Shown piece by piece: positions 62,141-64,000 of a DNA stretch of 64,000 bases; within the stretch, counting starts at the first letter, position 1, and every line of letters begins with the position of its first letter. The notes under the pieces are model-generated. The model made no database searches and had not been told where the DNA came from. It saw only the letters and a program-made list of their open reading frames with translations. The stretch covers positions 124,001 to 188,000 of the forward strand of contig CBFDEM010000046.1 of assembly GCA_965603825.1 (NCBI GenBank), in the 5' to 3' direction. A program made the position numbers and the translations under genes. The DNA comes from Blepharisma stoltei ATCC 30299. Its lineage: Eukaryota; Protista; Ciliophora.

Positions 62141-62800
62141 TTAATTGCTATTATTATTTTCAGAATTATTCTCAATTGATTGGAATTTCTTTGTGTCTGA
62201 GGTAATCGCTATCGGCTCAATGCATAATTTTTTTAAATCAAATTTGGATATCCTTGAAATCTGATCAAAAAACAAAAATGCATCATTATAAAAGAAAATA
62301 TTAGACAAGGCCAACAGATACCAGAAACTTTTCCATAAAAAGTCCAACTTTTTATGTTATTTTCTTCTGAAGAATAGCAATACATATCACTTGTAACAAC
62401 ATAGCATTGATCTTTATAAATAAAAAACATTTTTCATGATTCTTTGTTAATCTCAAAAAGGCTTTCATATGAATTCTTATCAGGGTCATATCTTCATATG
62501 TTTCCTAGCTTTCATCCAGAAACCAAAATTTTTTTTTGATATACGATTGTATTTGTTTGAACAGCAGGGAAAGGTAAATTTGCAATTCTTTTTCACTTAT
62601 TTTTTCATTAAAGTTAAAACAATTTATATAAAACAGCTGGATCTTCTTAGACTATTTGCCAACGCATGTGGCTAATTTTCCAATCATTCTGCTTTCCTTA
62701 AACAACCTGAAATTGAGATGAATGAGACTTTTTCTACTGTATTGAATTTCATTAATTACGGATATTTTTGTTTGCTTTCAAGATATCTGTCTTTTTTCAT
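62141..62800 (-). pseudogene. Degenerate tandem paralog of the 62896..63798 Kelch-like gene
   Basis: 3' half closely similar to 62896-63360; frameshifts and stops; 5' boundary uncertain. Confidence 0.7.
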
Positions 62801-62895
62801 TTAAAAGACTTATTTTAGCTTTAATGATCATCTATTTAAGCTCACATGAAAAAAATTATATCTTATATATTTATTATAGACAATTAACAAAAGTA

Positions 62896-63798
62896 TTAAC
62901 TATTTTTATTATTATTTTGAGAATTATTGTTGATTTTAAAGTATTTATTAGTGTCTGAGGTATTTGCAATAGGCTTAATGAGCAATTGATTCAAATCAAA
63001 TTTGCATATTCTTGAGAGATCGTCAAAAAACAAAAAGACTTCATTATAAAAGCAAACATTGGAGAGAAGCCAACAGATACCAGAAACTTTTCTATGAAAA
63101 GTCCAATTTTGTATGCTATTTTTTTCTGAAGAATAGCAATTATAATCACTTGCAACAACATAGCATTGATCTTTATAAATATAAAACATTTTTCATGGTT
63201 CCTTGTCAATCTCAAAGAGGCTTTCATATGAATTTTTATCAGGGTCATAGTTTCAAATGTTTCTTAGCTTTCAACCAGAAACTAAGATTTTTCTTTGATA
63301 TACAATTGTGTTTGTTTGAGTAGCAGGAAAAGGTAAATTTGCAATTCTTTTTCATTTATTTTTTCTTAGGTTAAATTTATCGCTAAAAGATTGAGGGTTA
63401 TTTGGGAACCGTCTACCCCCAAAAACATAAACAAATTTTTCAAGATACACCGGTGTGGCGAAACATCTTGCCCTTCCAGTTTGTAATTTTTCAACAGATA
63501 GATTTTTTATATCTATTAAAAGGCAAATTCCAACGGATTTGTCTGTTTTTGAAATTCCTCCTAAGTAAAATAGCTGAGAGCCATTTAATTGGCATAAAAA
63601 TCCTTGGGTCATTAGGTTCAAAGATACAGGGGTTGGGATTTTTGCACAGATTTTATTATTTTCGACATTGTAAACAAGAAATTCTTTGGAATCTATTGAC
63701 ATTGTACAAAGATGCAAAGGAATTTCAGATATTGAATCAAATTTTGACTGTTCCTCTTCTAGAAGAGGTAATGACTTATACCTATTTCTATTTGCCAT
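62896..63798 (-). CDS. Kelch-like beta-propeller protein (300 aa)
   Basis: LFYLGG, FVYVFGG..KFNLRKNKW(TGA); in frame with 62896..63189. Confidence 0.8.
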
Positions 63799-64000
63799 TT
63801 ATTATTTGTTAATTGGAGGGGGAGTGAGTAAAACTATATAGGTCATTATCAAAAACATCAATTAATCTATTAAAACAGTAAGAAAATTAAATTTCGTGAT
63901 CTTTTAGCTAACCTTTAAATTCTTAGACCAATTTTCTTTAAATCATCACAAAATATCTAATTTTTGGCAGCATTAACCCCTTTAAATATTGCATTCAATT

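Noticed and set aside
1-64000. Mycoplasma or mitochondrial origin (also TGA=Trp)
   Set aside because: Genes are eukaryotic nuclear (SPT5, AP-2 mu, U1A, GAS8) with spliceosomal introns.
1-64000. Germline (MIC) sequence, tRNA/rRNA genes or transposase ORFs
   Set aside because: Long genes are uninterrupted by IESs, and I recognised no cloverleaf, rRNA or DDE transposase.

Overview
Gene-dense, AT-rich eukaryotic nuclear DNA, almost certainly the somatic (macronuclear) genome of a heterotrich ciliate of the Blepharisma type. In-frame TGA sits at conserved Trp positions (eEF2 IW*CFGP, purple acid phosphatase RPW*IIV, HMG-box EW*RNLS, Spc24 KIEW*), real genes end in TAA/TAG, and introns are 15-16 nt GT-AG with an A six nt from the 3' end. 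The supplied ORF track is therefore fragmented; I re-joined genes reading TGA as Trp. Housekeeping content: CEP350-like, CPBP protease, SDR, GAS8/DRC4, KICS2-like, SPT5, POLD3-like, SPC24, U1A/U2B'', AP-2 mu, syntaxin, multi-domain adenylate kinase, BET-like bromodomain protein, a divergent eEF2, pseudokinase, SET-like protein, cold-shock-domain protein, purple acid phosphatase, HMG-box protein and sorting nexin. There are two dynamic regions. (1) 10.8-22.1 kb is a tandem segmental duplication with reciprocal gene loss and three damaged copies of a membrane-anchored P-loop NTPase. (2) 31.5-45.2 kb is an eight-copy birth-and-death array of Zn-finger/coiled-coil/Kelch-like genes, one carrying a 54-bp TA-flanked palindromic insertion. 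All family assignments come from motif recognition by eye, not database searches.
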